Positions 63,454 to 64,000 of a stretch of 64,000 nt of DNA are shown piece after piece. The position numbers were made by a program, and so were the translations under genes. Origin of the DNA: Podarcis liolepis (taxonomy: Eukaryota); NCBI GenBank assembly GCA_965112155.1, contig OZ218098.1; one strand, given 5' to 3'. Numbering within the stretch: the first letter of the stretch is position 1; each line of letters begins with the position of its first letter. The notes under the pieces are model-generated. The model saw only the letters and a list, made by a program, of their open reading frames with translations. It was not told the origin of the DNA and ran no database searches.

Positions 63454-64000
63454 TAGCTGGTTGTCACTTGCCTATTGATGGCACTTCACTTCAAATTCCC
63501 AAATGGCCTTTCTTAGCTGTTCCATATGGATGTTAAATAGTATGACGAATAAGATGTAATACTGTGGAACCCCATACTACCAGAAACAGGAATTTGAGTA
63601 ATCTACCCCAAGCCACTAAATAGGATTAGAACTGCATGACTGCCCTGACTGACTTTATGGTTACCCTCACAGTTCACGGTGATACCATGGTGAATGGTAT
63701 CAACAACCATTCAGAAGCCCAGGAGAATCAACAGGGTTATGGTTCCCCAGTTTTTCTCCTGATACGAGTTATGCATTAGGGTGAACAAGGCAGAAACCAA
63801 GCCTGAAAGCTGACTGAATGGGATCTAGTAAAACAGTTTCACTCAAGACCACATGGTAAACCAGCCATCACACTCGCTCTATTACTTTCCCCCCAAGGGG
63901 GATGCTTGCTGATAATTATTATAACACTCTGGGTCCACATCTCTCAAAAAGCTTAAGGTACATGAAACTCAGGATGCAATGGCTGCGGTGATGTACTGTT

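Overview
Non-coding vertebrate DNA, almost certainly from a squamate reptile and most likely a lacertid lizard. This is inferred from Sauria/Squam1 SINEs, a Squam3 SINE, RTE-BovB, CR1/L2 remnants and CAGTGGTACCTC-ended MITEs. No intact protein-coding gene, tRNA, rRNA or CRISPR array can be supported. The ORF-track hits are chance frames, microsatellite translations or decayed LINE ORF2 pieces. The window looks like a large intron or gene desert. It carries many TE insertions (SINEs, LINE 3' ends, Tc1/mariner- and hAT-type MITEs with readable TSDs, several solo LTRs) separated by repeat-poor stretches rich in homeodomain motifs that could be conserved enhancers. The most notable items are: (1) a Penelope-like element at 46.3-46.8 kb carrying a minimal hammerhead-ribozyme motif; (2) a solo LTR flanked by a perfect 196-bp direct duplication at 22.0-22.7 kb; (3) a hairpin Penelope-type element split by a MITE at 21.5-22.0 kb; (4) several nested insertions and a few candidate splice-bounded exons. 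I see no convincing new multi-gene system. All repeat family names come from recall of consensus sequences, not from a database search.
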